From assembly GCA_964483625.1 (NCBI GenBank), contig CAZABB010000004.1, forward strand, positions 6,337 to 70,336: DNA of 64,000 nucleotides, written 5' to 3'. Below, one piece after another: positions 46,883 through 57,367 of the stretch. Made by a program: the position numbers and the translations under genes. The notes under the pieces were generated by a model, which was given only the letters and a program-made list of their open reading frames with translations, made no database searches and had not been told where the DNA came from. This DNA comes from an uncultured Planctomycetia bacterium. GTDB lineage: Bacteria > Omnitrophota > Gorgyraeia > Duberdicusellales > 4484-171. The number at the start of each line of letters is the position of its first letter. The stretch's first letter is position 1.

Positions 46883-48429
46883 GATAAGGTAATACGGGTC
46901 GCAGCCAGAAGACTCAATCGTGCGGCACGGACACCGGGGTCGTCCTCGAGCACTTTCCTTTCCTCGTAGAATTTATGGAACGTGGTCGCGAGATTTTTAA
47001 GGAATTCGATCAAGAATACCGGCTCCCAGGTGTAATACACCTTATCCAGGCAATGGATAAACTGAAACAGTTTTCTCGCCAGAAGCAATTCGCGGTCATC
47101 TTTCAATCCCGCGCATGCGGCCGGATCGATCTCCTGTCGGGAAACTTTCTCGAAGACACTCGCGATACGGGCGTGAGCATACTGGATATAGTAAAGCGGA
47201 TTATCGAACGACATCTGCGTCGCCAGATCGATATCGAAATCGAGCGGCGATGAATTACGCCGGCTCACATAATAAAACCGGGCGGCATCTTTTCCCACCT
47301 CCTCGATCAAATCCGAAAGCAGAATCGCCGTACCCCGCCGGCGCGACATCCGTTCTTTACTCTTAATCGTCACCAGCTGAATGATCAGTACATGCAAAAG
47401 GTCTCGCGGTGCGCCGAAAGCCTCGACGACCGCGGCAACACGCGGGATATACCCGTGATGATCCGGCCCCCATAAATTAAGCAGAACATCGAACCCCCGT
47501 TTTATCTTATCGCAATGGTAAGCGATATCGGAAGAAAAATACGTCAGTTCTCCGTTTTGTTTCTGGAGCACCCGATCTTTATCGTCGCCGAACTCAGTGG
47601 ACTTAAACCAGAACGCCCCGCCTTGGCTGTAGGCAAGTTTCTTCTGCTTTAAAAATTCAAGCGCGTCCGATACGTTCCCCTCATCGATCAATCTGCTTTG
47701 AGAAACCCAGCTGGAAAATTCAATCCCCAATTTCTTCAGATCGCCCCGGATCATCTCCAACAAAGATGTTAATATTTCTTCCCGTAAACGATCATCGCCG
47801 GTATCTTTCAACCTGGCCGCGACGTCTTTAACGTATTCACCCAGGTATCCTCCTTCGGGGATAGAACAGGGCTCACCGTTCAATTCTTTCCGGCGCTCTT
47901 TGACCGACTCGACCAGAAGATCGATCTGCCGGCCGGCGTCGTTAATGTAATATTCCCGTACCACCTCGTCCCCGCAGAACCGGAGCACATTGGCAATAAC
48001 ATCCCCCGCCACCGCCTGTCGGCCGTGAGCGATCGAAAGCGGGCCGGTAGGATTGGCGCTGACAAACTCGATCAGTACCCGGCGTTTTCGGGTATCGCAA
48101 TAGTATGTCTCTCCTTCACCCAGCAACTGCCCCAGTGATGCGACCAGTTCTTCTTGAGATAAAAACAGATTCACGAACCCCGGCTTGACGACTTCTATTT
48201 TCTCCAGGCTTTTCAGTTTCGCACCCAGCAGTTCTTTGATCGTTTCAGCGATCGCAAGCGGGTTTTGTTTCAGTTGCGAAGCGAGTTTCAGAGCGATCAT
48301 TGTCGAGAAATCGCCGTAATCCGGGCGCTGCGGGATCTCCCAAAGAGGACCTGAGATCTCACTCTGCGGATAATACTCCTGCAGGATATCCGTAAGTATT
48401 TCAGAAATTTGTTGATACAAATGCTTCAT
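46837..48429 (-). CDS. argS: Arginine-tRNA ligase
   Basis: Class I aaRS; Arg_tRNA_synt N-domain and DALR domain. Confidence 0.93.
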   Translation of the reverse strand: MKHLYQQISEILTDILQEYYPQSEISGPLWEIPQRPDYGDFSTMIALKLASQLKQNPLAIAETIKELLGAKLKSLEKIEVVKPGFVNLFLSQEELVASLGQLLGEGETYYCDTRKRRVLIEFVSANPTGPLSIAHGRQAVAGDVIANVLRFCGDEVVREYYINDAGRQIDLLVESVKERRKELNGEPCSIPEGGYLGEYVKDVAARLKDTGDDRLREEILTSLLEMIRGDLKKLGIEFSSWVSQSRLIDEGNVSDALEFLKQKKLAYSQGGAFWFKSTEFGDDKDRVLQKQNGELTYFSSDIAYHCDKIKRGFDVLLNLWGPDHHGYIPRVAAVVEAFGAPRDLLHVLIIQLVTIKSKERMSRRRGTAILLSDLIEEVGKDAARFYYVSRRNSSPLDFDIDLATQMSFDNPLYYIQYAHARIASVFEKVSRQEIDPAACAGLKDDRELLLARKLFQFIHCLDKVYYTWEPVFLIEFLKNLATTFHKFYEERKVLEDDPGVRAARLSLLAATRITLSCGLKLLGIEALEKM

Positions 48430-48444
48430 ATTGTCGTTTCGTTA

Positions 48445-49518
48445 TTAAGCGATTCCTGCGGCTCGCATAACGGCAGAAAGACTGGCGTTTACAATTTTCG
48501 GAGGTTTGATCTTCTGTATCGCAATCTGAGGATCTTTCAGGCCATGTCCGGTCAACGTACAGACAATATTCACCTGACGCCGGCGGCTCCATTTTTTGAA
48601 ATACCCCTTCTTGTTCATACTGAATATCCCGGCAACCGAGGCGGCCGAGGCCGGTTCGCAAAATACGCCTTCTTTTTGAGCCAGAAATCTATATGCCGCG
48701 AGGATTTCGGCATCGGAAACCATATCAATAGTTCCTTTAGATTCTTCCTGAGCGGACACCGCCATCTTCCAGCTTGCCGGATTTCCGATACGGATCGCCG
48801 TCGCGATCGTCCGGGGCTTTTTTACCGGCCGGCCCTTAACGATCGGCGCCGAACCTTTCGCCTGAAACCCCATCATGACGGGAAGTTTCTTTATTTTTCT
48901 ATACGCGTAATACTCTTTATACCCTTTCCAGTACGCGGTTATGTTTCCCGCGTTCCCGACGGGAAGAAAATGCAGATCGGGCGCGGCACCCAGCACATCA
49001 CAGACCTCAAACGCCCCGGTCTTCTGTCCTTCGATCCGGTGGGGATTGATCGAATTCACCAGCCTCACCGGATAATGGTCCGAAAGATTCCGTACGATGT
49101 TCAGCGCGTCATCGAAGTTTCCCTTTACCGCGACAACCTTCGCGTTGTGCATCAGCGCCTGGGCAAGTTTCCCGAGCGCGATCTTCCCTTCCGGAATCAC
49201 CACAATACATTTCATTCCCGCGCGCGCCGCGTAGGCCGCCGCCGATGCCGACGTATTCCCGGTCGAAGCGCAGATAACCGCGCATTGCTTTTCTTCGACC
49301 GCCTTGGAAACCGCCATCGTCATCCCCCGGTCCTTGAATGAACCGGTAGGATTAAGCCCTTCGTATTTAAGATACACGTTAAACTGTTTCCCCAGCTCAC
49401 CGGCGACAGAGCAGGCCGGAATCAGAGGCGTACCTCCTTCCAGAAGGGTAATGAGCGGGGTACGGGAGGTCACCGGTAAATACCGGCGATAACGGGCGAT
49501 AACTCCTTGGTATCTCAT
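48445..49518 (-). CDS. thrC: Threonine synthase
   Basis: PLP fold type II; PLP lysine in FKDRG. Confidence 0.92.
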   Translation of the reverse strand: MRYQGVIARYRRYLPVTSRTPLITLLEGGTPLIPACSVAGELGKQFNVYLKYEGLNPTGSFKDRGMTMAVSKAVEEKQCAVICASTGNTSASAAAYAARAGMKCIVVIPEGKIALGKLAQALMHNAKVVAVKGNFDDALNIVRNLSDHYPVRLVNSINPHRIEGQKTGAFEVCDVLGAAPDLHFLPVGNAGNITAYWKGYKEYYAYRKIKKLPVMMGFQAKGSAPIVKGRPVKKPRTIATAIRIGNPASWKMAVSAQEESKGTIDMVSDAEILAAYRFLAQKEGVFCEPASAASVAGIFSMNKKGYFKKWSRRRQVNIVCTLTGHGLKDPQIAIQKIKPPKIVNASLSAVMRAAGIA

Positions 49519-50783
49519 ATATCCTCAATCCGTATACACTGAGAAGTTTTTTTCACTTCTTTCAATCTGTCGATTTCTTTCAATGCCTTCTTGAGATTCG
49601 CTTCCTGAGATTCGTGGGTAATCATCACGATCGGGACGAATCCCCTTTCAGCCCGTTCTTTCTGGTGAACCGAAGCGATACTTATCTTATGTAACGAAAG
49701 GATCCGGGTAATCTTAGCCAGTACGCCCGGCATATCGCGAACCATACAACGCAGGTAATAGCGGGTCTCCAGATCATTGATGCTTTTCAGCGTACAATCC
49801 CATTCGTCCCGGGCGAACACGCCGCGGTTGACACATACACTGACAATGTCGGAGATGATCGCCGAAGATGTAGGCACCCCGCCGGCTCCTTCCCCGTAGA
49901 AAAGCAGTTCGCCCGCCGGATGGGTATCCAACCACACGCCGTTGACGGCACAGACTACTTCCGATAAAGGGTGGTCTTCGCGGATAAGCGTGGGGTGCAC
50001 CCGTAAAGATAATGTATTTTTTTCTTTATGAGCGATAGCGAGTAATTTTATGCGATAAGAAAGCTCATAGGCGTAAAGGATATCCAGCGGATTGATCTTA
50101 GTGATTCCTTCCACGAATATCTTACTGACATTGGGCCATACCCCGAAGGAAAGATAGCTCAGGATACAGAGCTTATACAGCGTATCTTTTCCCTCCAGGT
50201 CCAGTTGAGGATGATTTTCGGCGAATCCGGCCTCCTGGGCGTCACGTAACGCCTCTTGAAAACTCATCTGGTCCTGGTGCATCTTATAGAGAATATAATT
50301 TGTCGTGCCGTTTAAAATGCCATAAAGACTTTTTATATTACAGCCAATAAGGCCTTCGGAGACGCTTTTGATCAGAGGGATAGCCCCGCACACCGAAGCT
50401 TCAAACCCGATATTCCGGCCGTTCCTGTGCGCCGACTGAAATATTTCCTTGCCGTGGGTGGCAAGTAACGCTTTATTAGCGGTCACGACATGCTTACCGT
50501 GGGCAAACGCAGCCAGGATTATTTCTTTTGCCGGCCGGATCCCGCCGATAAGTTCAATAACGACATCGATCGCCGGATCATTCACAATGTCGCGATAATC
50601 GGTCGTAAACCGAACGCGGTGGCCTTGAGCGAGCTTCTTTTTTTTGGGATCAAGGTCACAGACTTTGTGTACCTGAAGTTTAAGCGAGGTCCTCTTTTTG
50701 ATTAAGGATTGATAGGTGATGAGTGAATCAAGCGTTGCCTGACCGACAACACCCAATCCGATGATTCCAATTTTTTTTACCAT
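49515..50783 (-). CDS. hom: Homoserine dehydrogenase
   Basis: GLGVVG Rossmann; C-terminal ACT domain. Confidence 0.92.
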   Translation of the reverse strand: MVKKIGIIGLGVVGQATLDSLITYQSLIKKRTSLKLQVHKVCDLDPKKKKLAQGHRVRFTTDYRDIVNDPAIDVVIELIGGIRPAKEIILAAFAHGKHVVTANKALLATHGKEIFQSAHRNGRNIGFEASVCGAIPLIKSVSEGLIGCNIKSLYGILNGTTNYILYKMHQDQMSFQEALRDAQEAGFAENHPQLDLEGKDTLYKLCILSYLSFGVWPNVSKIFVEGITKINPLDILYAYELSYRIKLLAIAHKEKNTLSLRVHPTLIREDHPLSEVVCAVNGVWLDTHPAGELLFYGEGAGGVPTSSAIISDIVSVCVNRGVFARDEWDCTLKSINDLETRYYLRCMVRDMPGVLAKITRILSLHKISIASVHQKERAERGFVPIVMITHESQEANLKKALKEIDRLKEVKKTSQCIRIEDI

Positions 50784-50795
50784 TTATTGTCCGGA

Positions 50796-51158
50796 TTATC
50801 TGTTGTCCAGTATTTGATTCACAAATTTCCCAATCTCCTGAAACAGAGACATATCCAGGTCGATAAACTGCACATGAGTCTCGTAAATGATGCTTTTGAC
50901 GACCTCTTTGCATCCGACTACTTTTCCGATCACCTCGATACGTTTGGTAACAAAGGGAAACCGGATCGTCATTGCCAGATACGTCCCTTTTTCGAAAAAC
51001 TGATTGGTCGTAAGAAGGATTCCTCCCTGACTCACGTTTTTACTTTGCGATAAGTCATAATCACTGGGAGGATCACTCATCCGGTAGCTGATAATGAAAT
51101 TCGCGCTCGCGCGGGGAAATTGCCTGCGGTCTTCTCCTTTAAAATCTTCGGCCATCAC
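50796..51158 (-). CDS. PilZ-domain protein (c-di-GMP binding)
   Basis: RRQFPR … DLSQSKNVSQGG PilZ motifs. Confidence 0.75.
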   Translation of the reverse strand: MMAEDFKGEDRRQFPRASANFIISYRMSDPPSDYDLSQSKNVSQGGILLTTNQFFEKGTYLAMTIRFPFVTKRIEVIGKVVGCKEVVKSIIYETHVQFIDLDMSLFQEIGKFVNQILDNR

Positions 51159-51457
51159 ATCCTCCTCGAATTTACTCTCCTCACCCTCTCAATCATGTTG
51201 CGCTGGAGTCATCAATTGTACGGAAAATATCCTTTTTCTCTCTAAAAAAGAGCCTATGTTAGATGGATTAAGTTTTATTATATATGGTTTCTCCGGGGGT
51301 GTAAAGGAGAAGTTCTAAAGATACTCTCCTCAAAGCAAAAGGCGTAACGAAGACATAAAAACAGGCATTTCCCCGCCGCTTTCTTTTTATTCGGCAAAAA
51401 GCTATTTATCGCTGCAAATAAAAGGCTTTTCCGCGATCCGAGGAGCTTAATGTCCCC

Positions 51458-51486
51458 TTGAAATCGTTCATTTTAAGTGTTATATT
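51458..51486 (+). promoter_or_regulatory. Sigma70 promoter (TTGAAA, 17 nt, TATATT)
   Basis: Near-consensus promoter 29 nt upstream of an AAAGGAG RBS and an ATG at 51515. Confidence 0.7.
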
Positions 51487-51514
51487 GAAGGGAAAAATTA
51501 TAAAGGAGTACTGT

Positions 51515-51751
51515 ATGGAAATTGGAACCACCCGCACCACACATAATACCGGGGCCCGGAGCGAGCAGATAAATCGCCAGAGCCGTATCCGGCGGGCCGA
51601 GGGAATCAAACGGCAGGAACGCCAACGTGATATTCAAAACGAAATCGAAAAGCAGCAGGCTAAGAAGAAGCAGGCCATCGAACTCACCTTTCTCCAGATA
51701 AGCCAGAGACAAGCCGAAAGGAGCGGTAATTCTATCGATGTGAAGATATAA
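51515..51751 (+). CDS. Small basic coiled-coil protein of unknown function (78 aa)
   Basis: Strong promoter and RBS; R/K/Q/E-rich; no recognisable domain. Confidence 0.55.
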   Translation: MEIGTTRTTHNTGARSEQINRQSRIRRAEGIKRQERQRDIQNEIEKQQAKKKQAIELTFLQISQRQAERSGNSIDVKI

Positions 51752-51925
51752 TTTCCCGCCCTCGGGAAAAAATCATCTGAAAAAGAAAGACTTTCCATTT
51801 CTCCGCCCATCTCTTCTCTACTTACCTGATGGAACTGAAAAATTCATTTTATATCTGCTTTATTCTTTTCCCACTTACGCACTGAAAACAGGGATGAACC
51901 TTCTGCAATGCGGGTTTGTTAAAAG

Positions 51926-51966
51926 ATTCCCCCCAATCACACCTCGTAGGTGTGATTGGGGGGAAT
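51926..51966. other. Perfect 18-bp-stem palindrome (ATTCCCCCCAATCACACC-tcgta-GGTGTGATTGGGGGGAAT)
   Basis: Seen directly in the sequence; no T-tract follows it. Confidence 0.8.
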
Positions 51967-52366
51967 ACAATGTGCTCCGATTCATCAAGGAAAGGGGAGG
52001 ATTCTCTTCGTCCCGATTCTTATCGGGACTCGAGGGCATCCAGAGTAAATAACCTGCATACAATGAGGTTCACTGCTCTCCTTCGGTTCGCATGGATGTA
52101 ATCGGCAATTTTCACAACATCTTTTCCCCTCTCACCTTAACTTTACATTTTGAGCGACGCTTCTTTTGTCAAGTTAATCGCGCCTTTAAATCAGAAGCTC
52201 TACGGGAGGGAGCTTACCCGACTCCTCCGGGGGAATTCGCAGCTCAGTCCCTGCGGGACTTCGCGCGGACCCCTTTAGAAGTACAGAACCTGAATGACTG
52301 AGGGGTACGAACCCCGGTCGCTGACGCTCCACGGGGGTCTGAGTCATCCCCTTCAATCAAAAAAAT

Positions 52367-52398
52367 AAAATACCCTCACAAGGAGGGTATTTTATTTC
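52367..52398. terminator. Bidirectional rho-independent terminator
   Basis: AAAAAAATAAAA-TACCCTC-acaa-GGAGGGTA-TTTTATTTCTT. It terminates tRNA-Pro on the minus strand and any plus-strand transcript ending here. Confidence 0.75.
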
Positions 52399-52399
52399 T

Positions 52400-52478
52400 T
52401 GGTCGGGAAGGGGGGATTCGAACCCCCGACCCCTTGAACCCCATTCAAGTGCGCTAATCCAGGCTGCGCCACTTCCCG
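52400..52478 (-). tRNA. tRNA-Pro (anticodon GGG)
   Basis: Cloverleaf with acceptor CGGGAAG/CTTCCCG, anticodon loop A-T-GGG-G-T (G37), T-arm GGTTCGAAT, and encoded CCA. Confidence 0.85.
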
Positions 52479-52650
52479 AAACAAACGACGCACGACGTTC
52501 GACGCTCGACGTTTTCGATATTTATACCAGAATTACTGGGGACTGTAAAGGATGGTTTTCCCCTTTGCACACTCCGGAAGAGTGCAAAGGGGAAAGGAAA
52601 GTCACACAAGCCCGCTCCTACTTTACAGTATTATTCCTATAAGTTAAAAC

Positions 52651-53481
52651 CTATTTTAGGTTATAGGTGGTTACTTTAATATATATTTTATCTAACTCCT
52701 CTTCGCTTACTCCCAATTTATTTGCAACTCTTGTTCTTATCTCTTCTTCAGGTATGTTAATATCTTCATATAATGCTTTGCCATAAATATCATAAATTTC
52801 AAATTCTCTTTCGGTTGGTCGTATCTCGCTATTTGCATTACCCACTTTGTCTTTTATGTTAAATACATATTCGTATGAGGATCGATTATTCGATGAAGCT
52901 ATCCTTGAAGTAACATCTCCCCAATTACCATAAGGACACCAATCCACCTTGCCCAAAGTATAAAAACTGTCAACATCTTCTTCTCTGTCATACACAAGAA
53001 CAGCAATCGCATCAATATCAGAATCCTTTTTAGTTTCATCTAATATTAACTGGATTATAGTTGATTTGAATTCAGCTTTTGATATATCAGAGGGAACAAC
53101 GACTTTATATCTTTTCCTGGTATTTTTAGGCAATCTCTCTATTTCGCTCCTACTGTAAGCGGATAAAGATTTGCCCATTGCTTTCATACTGAGATCTTCG
53201 ATTTTTATAATTTTATAATCTCTTACCAGTTCTTTATTGTAATCAGAAGTCGGTTGAGCTGTTGTAATAGGTGTTTGTTTATTGCTTTTGGTTTTAGTGG
53301 GAATTCGTGAAGTGTGTCTACTTACCCTTTTAGTTCTTCTTTTTTTGCTGGAGCCAAAAGGGAGGTACCCGCTTATCCCCAAAGACAAAAGATTAAATGC
53401 GACTATAACCAGCATTATAGCGGCAAATATCTTTATTGTTGTTAAAGCGCTATTGGGTTGTTTTTTCTCTTTCTGCTCCAT
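52651..53481 (-). CDS. Membrane-anchored protein of unknown function (AT-rich island)
   Basis: N-terminal TM, then a K/R/T-rich linker, then a ~200-aa C-domain. The island is ~35% GC against ~52% in flanking DNA. Confidence 0.6.
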   Translation of the reverse strand: MEQKEKKQPNSALTTIKIFAAIMLVIVAFNLLSLGISGYLPFGSSKKRRTKRVSRHTSRIPTKTKSNKQTPITTAQPTSDYNKELVRDYKIIKIEDLSMKAMGKSLSAYSRSEIERLPKNTRKRYKVVVPSDISKAEFKSTIIQLILDETKKDSDIDAIAVLVYDREEDVDSFYTLGKVDWCPYGNWGDVTSRIASSNNRSSYEYVFNIKDKVGNANSEIRPTEREFEIYDIYGKALYEDINIPEEEIRTRVANKLGVSEEELDKIYIKVTTYNLK

Positions 53482-53777
53482 TCCGCTTTAAGGTTCTAAT
53501 AGCCCAGATAATAAACGCATAGATTATATGAGTAGAATAGCATAAGACAGCGAGTTATATGGAATATGATAACTCATAATAAATAATATCATAGATACTA
53601 CAAAGATTAACGCCTCTTTAACAATTATCTTTTTGATTTTTAGTTGCATTGTATTCCCTTATTATTTGAGTGCTTTTTGTAATTGTAACTAATAAACAAA
53701 TTAATTTTCTCATTATAATCCCCTCCCGTCTTTGAGAGTCGCTCTGTAAATTTAAACTATTTCTAAGTCCACATGTT

Positions 53778-54554
53778 CTACAGTTTTTCTCTACCCAAAA
53801 CAATTCTTCCTTTATCATTATACTTCCACATAAACGTACCGTTATGTGGTTCAGTAACTTCTAAGGGGCTACCTAAAATAGCACGGATTTCTTCCTGCGT
53901 CATTCCTCGTTTCAATTTCTCCCAGTTAGTAACATTACCGACGCTGGGAGGGTACCAATATTTCACTCGATAATCACCCGTCAATTCAAAACTAGAATCA
54001 TCTATTGGCACCTGTTCATCTTCATTTAAGAAAACGATCAAATTTCCTGAACAATGCAAGATCGCAGCTGTGTAAGGAATAGTTTGGGGTGGATGATAAA
54101 TAGGCACATTTGTAGTGGAATATCCTGAATAAGAACCTGTTCCGTAAGCATATCCCCCTGAGCCATAGACGTTCGCAGATGTAACTCCAGAATGATAAGT
54201 AGTTACTGGCTGATAAGTAGTGTAACTTGGGATATATACAGCCGTATTATAAGCTTGGCTATCAGTTTTCATATTCACTATTGCATCTGCTCCTTTCTTT
54301 CTTGCTAATCCTTTTGCCTTATTCAAGACATCATTCCAGCTGGCACAATTATCTGTATTCCCCTGAACCTCAAAATTACCAATAATTTTATATGGCTTAC
54401 CTAAATCCGGTGTCCCCTCATAAATTGGCATTACATATTTTCTTGATTTAGGAGGAAATGTTTCACTTATATGGCTATAATAATTTGCCGTTGTACAAGC
54501 ACTCAGGAAGCAACAAAGCAGGAGAGAAACAACTATTAATTGTTTTTTATTCAT
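53778..54554 (-). CDS. Lipoprotein of unknown function with a BamE/SmpA-OmlA-like C-terminus (AT-rich island)
   Basis: Lipobox LSAC. Gly/Tyr/Ser-rich middle. C-terminal GMTQEEIRAILGSP is typical of BamE-like domains. Confidence 0.6.
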   Translation of the reverse strand: MNKKQLIVVSLLLCCFLSACTTANYYSHISETFPPKSRKYVMPIYEGTPDLGKPYKIIGNFEVQGNTDNCASWNDVLNKAKGLARKKGADAIVNMKTDSQAYNTAVYIPSYTTYQPVTTYHSGVTSANVYGSGGYAYGTGSYSGYSTTNVPIYHPPQTIPYTAAILHCSGNLIVFLNEDEQVPIDDSSFELTGDYRVKYWYPPSVGNVTNWEKLKRGMTQEEIRAILGSPLEVTEPHNGTFMWKYNDKGRIVLGREKL

Positions 54555-54948
54555 CTGTTGAACTTCTTTGCTCGCTGATAGCGATAACTTTTTTGTATAT
54601 CTTTTTACTTAATACCTGACTTAGATATAAGGATCCTATACCCACGATGATAGAAACACAGACGGCAATAATAAGTCCTGCTCTATTTATAGCAAAATCT
54701 TTGTATCGCATTGGCCAAAGAAGATTCACCATTTGGAAAACAAAAGACAATAGCAAAAGAACAAATCCCACTTTTACATCAGCTTGTTGCTGTGTTATAT
54801 TTTTCCCTAATTTCTCATGGCTATACCAATTTGCTTTTGACATCTCTACTATATCCTTTGCCGATGTAGTCAACGTTCCTTTTATTAAAAAGGAACTCGC
54901 AATTAAAGCAAGCATTAAAGCAGTAACTTGAATAAAAGTTCTAAACAT
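54547..54948 (-). CDS. Small integral membrane protein of unknown function (AT-rich island)
   Basis: Three predicted TM helices; 4-nt overlap with the downstream lipoprotein gene suggests an operon. Confidence 0.55.
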   Translation of the reverse strand: MFRTFIQVTALMLALIASSFLIKGTLTTSAKDIVEMSKANWYSHEKLGKNITQQQADVKVGFVLLLLSFVFQMVNLLWPMRYKDFAINRAGLIIAVCVSIIVGIGSLYLSQVLSKKIYKKVIAISEQRSSTDE

Positions 54949-55143
54949 AATTGCCTCTTCAAAATAAAAAGCAACCCTCAATCTTGAGAGTTGCCCTGTA
55001 AATTTATCCTGTTTTTAATCTCATATGCCCTACACAATCCCCTCCCCTGGGCATAGGACATTATACTACGCTGGGTCTTGTTGCCAACCCTGAAAATCCA
55101 CCCTATTTGGACGTGTGACTATGTGACTTTGTGACGTGTGACC

Positions 55144-55362
55144 TTACTTGTAGCGGTAGGTGATGCGGCCGCGGGTGAGATCGTAGGGGGACAGCTCGAC
55201 ATCGACCCGGTCGCCGGGAATGATCTTGATAAAAAATTTACGCATCTTACCGCGCGGATAGGCAATGATCTGGTGCCCGTTATCCAGCTCGACACGGTAC
55301 ATGCTGTTGGGCAGGACCTCGACAACTTTGCCGTTAACTTTTACCGGTTCTTCTTTCGCCAT
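55144..55362 (-). CDS. infA: Translation initiation factor IF-1
   Basis: 72 aa; S1-like OB fold; highly conserved sequence. Confidence 0.95.
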   Translation of the reverse strand: MAKEEPVKVNGKVVEVLPNSMYRVELDNGHQIIAYPRGKMRKFFIKIIPGDRVDVELSPYDLTRGRITYRYK

Positions 55363-55445
55363 ATATTTTACCCTTTTTAGCTGTTTTTCGTTTCAACGCT
55401 CAAAGTCTATTCTATGCACTTTTAGCCAGATGTCAAATCTATCTT

Positions 55446-55982
55446 TTAAAACGACTGTAATGAGTGTCGCAGTTCATCCAGAATAACCTCAGGCAGAACA
55501 TCACGGTTGGCCCCGGTTACTTCAATGATCTCAATATCATCACGCTCCTTTACCGCGCGGATGAAATTATTGGCGTATCCCAAGGTGATCGTTCCGATGA
55601 CGATGTTTTCTGAATCGAGCGCCCACTGCGCCGCGGTGATAAATTTCGGAGAAAAACATTCCATCTTACCTATCTCATCAAGAATAATTACATATCCTTC
55701 CTTCAGCGTAATAGAGGAGATCGCAACCGTTTCGATATTCTCAATACTTACACCGAAGCGGCGGATACGATACTCGGATGGAATATCCTGATGGGCAAGG
55801 TAGGCACAAAGCCCATCGGTCGTTCTCATCATAAATCCACACCGTATGCCGCCTACCCTTTCCTCTTCGGTATAAAATCCGGTTACCGGGCAATTAATTC
55901 TCTGTAATATTTTTTTAATTACCGTGGTTCTCCCCGAAGAAGGCGCTCCGGTCAAAAAAATATTCTTCCTTTCTCTCTTCAC
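55446..55982 (-). CDS. Nucleoside-triphosphatase, THEP1 family
   Basis: Walker A NIFLTGAPSSGRTT; Walker B ILDEIG. Confidence 0.78.
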   Translation of the reverse strand: MKRERKNIFLTGAPSSGRTTVIKKILQRINCPVTGFYTEEERVGGIRCGFMMRTTDGLCAYLAHQDIPSEYRIRRFGVSIENIETVAISSITLKEGYVIILDEIGKMECFSPKFITAAQWALDSENIVIGTITLGYANNFIRAVKERDDIEIIEVTGANRDVLPEVILDELRHSLQSF

Positions 55983-56064
55983 AACAGTCTATTACGTGTG
56001 ACTATGTCTGCCGGCAGGTGATGTCCCCCCGCTGGGGAGGCTACGCACTGCCGTGTGACGTGTT

Positions 56065-56676
56065 TTATTCGCAGCTCATCTGATAGACACTCGCGATATG
56101 AGACGCAAGCTCTTTTTCTTTCAACAAAAGCATGGCGATCTCCTGCTTTACCGCGACCAGATCACTGCTTAATCGCAGGCAGGATCCGTCCATATGTTCC
56201 AGATACGCGGCGGCGGTAGGATTTTCCGGGTCAAGCATCAGAAGCTTGCCGAACTCATGTTTGGCATCATCGACGTTCCCTTCTTTATAGAGCTTCACCG
56301 CGTATTCACAGAGACTGCCGCGGGTGCCGAAGTAATCACAGGCATCGTCGGGGTAAGGACAGACATCTTCCATCATCTGAGTGAGGGTCATCTGCTGTTC
56401 CTTCAATATATCCAGGCGTTTACGCGCTTTTTCCAGTTCTTTTTCTTTCGGCGGTAAAGCGATAAACGCTTTGGCAACCGCGTTATCGGGATCTATCGAC
56501 AATAACTTGGTAAACTCATGGACCGCATCATCAACGAGACCCCGCTGATACTGGGCTTTACCGTATTCGCAAATCCTTTGACCAGCCAGCGGTGTATCTT
56601 TGGTATCCCCCATGGGAGGCGATAAAAAAATGAGGAATGATATTGCGATAAAAATAAATATTACTTTTGTATTCAT
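56065..56676 (-). CDS. Secreted protein with two internal TPR-like repeats
   Basis: Signal peptide. CEYxKAxYxxGxVDDAxHEFxKLLxxDPxN appears twice. Confidence 0.6.
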   Translation of the reverse strand: MNTKVIFIFIAISFLIFLSPPMGDTKDTPLAGQRICEYGKAQYQRGLVDDAVHEFTKLLSIDPDNAVAKAFIALPPKEKELEKARKRLDILKEQQMTLTQMMEDVCPYPDDACDYFGTRGSLCEYAVKLYKEGNVDDAKHEFGKLLMLDPENPTAAAYLEHMDGSCLRLSSDLVAVKQEIAMLLLKEKELASHIASVYQMSCE

Positions 56677-56734
56677 CGCTCTCCTTTCAATGAGACCGTA
56701 ATCCCGAGGCAAATCGGGATTACATGGTCGAATT

Positions 56735-56834
56735 GACCCCGCCCTCTAAGCTAACTCATTAAGCGGAGTTCTAAAAATGTTTTCACCTACCCTCCCTCTT
56801 CTCTTTATCATCTGCGGCATAGAGGGCGGTGTGT
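56735..56834. repeat. Intergenic inverted-repeat element, copy 2 (CCCCGCCCTCTAAG … CATAGAGGGCGG)
   Basis: Same termini as the element at 43503-43612. Confidence 0.7.
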
Positions 56835-56944
56835 AATTCAACTATGAGCTTTTATTCGCCTATGCTTTAAAAACCCAAGTTTCATTACACATCTTATCAT
56901 AGAAAAAACATTTTTCCAATCGGCTGAGTTGACGAAAAAACACG

Positions 56945-57367
56945 TTATTTGAGAAAATCAAGGTATACCGCGAGGATCAACGCCAGCGCCGAAAGGATAA
57001 AAATAGCTAAATAATTTATCCGTTCTTTCCGTGATGAATATCCACACAGGATCGTACCGATAAGGCTGTAGTCTTGAGCCTCAAGCGGCAGCCGGCAATT
57101 GATTTTTTTTATCAAATCCTGACGTGTAATTACCTGCGACCGTTTTTGCGCCAGGCGGAATTTATAGATGAAAAAGGCAAGGAAGCCTCCCACCCCCACA
57201 TACCAGGCAACTTTTGCGTATAACGGATCGACATGGATGAGCAGCGTAACGACCCGTATCGCCAGCGCGGCGATGATGCCTACGATAAAAAATATCCACG
57301 CCCCCACCGAATCGCGGCACCGGTTATGTTTGAGGTCACAGACAAAACAACTGTTTTTGTTATCCAT
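56945..57367 (-). CDS. Integral membrane protein of unknown function
   Basis: Four predicted TMs; N-terminal CxxC..C. Confidence 0.5.
   Translation of the reverse strand: MDNKNSCFVCDLKHNRCRDSVGAWIFFIVGIIAALAIRVVTLLIHVDPLYAKVAWYVGVGGFLAFFIYKFRLAQKRSQVITRQDLIKKINCRLPLEAQDYSLIGTILCGYSSRKERINYLAIFILSALALILAVYLDFLK

Noticed and set aside
48409-49341. 310-aa plus-strand ORF.
   Set aside because: It is entirely antisense to threonine synthase (thrC). The Arg-rich, low-complexity translation is typical of a shadow ORF.
51752-52399. RNase P RNA, tmRNA or SRP RNA in the large non-coding gap next to tRNA-Pro.
   Set aside because: I looked for the hallmark motifs on both strands (GGAAAGUCCGG, ACAGAACCCGGCUUA, GGGGCUGAUUCUGGAUUCGAC, the tRNA-like 3' end with CCA, and the SRP GGAAGCAGCC). 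None is present.
53618-53818. 66-aa minus-strand ORF in the island intergenic region.
   Set aside because: It has no RBS, overlaps the repeat and promoter region of the island, and has low coding potential. It is probably not a gene.
52600-55110. The AT-rich island as a prophage or integrative element.
   Set aside because: The window contains no integrase, recombinase, transposase or phage structural genes. The island lies on the 5' side of tRNA-Pro rather than at its 3' end. I kept it as a compositional island with unknown cargo only.
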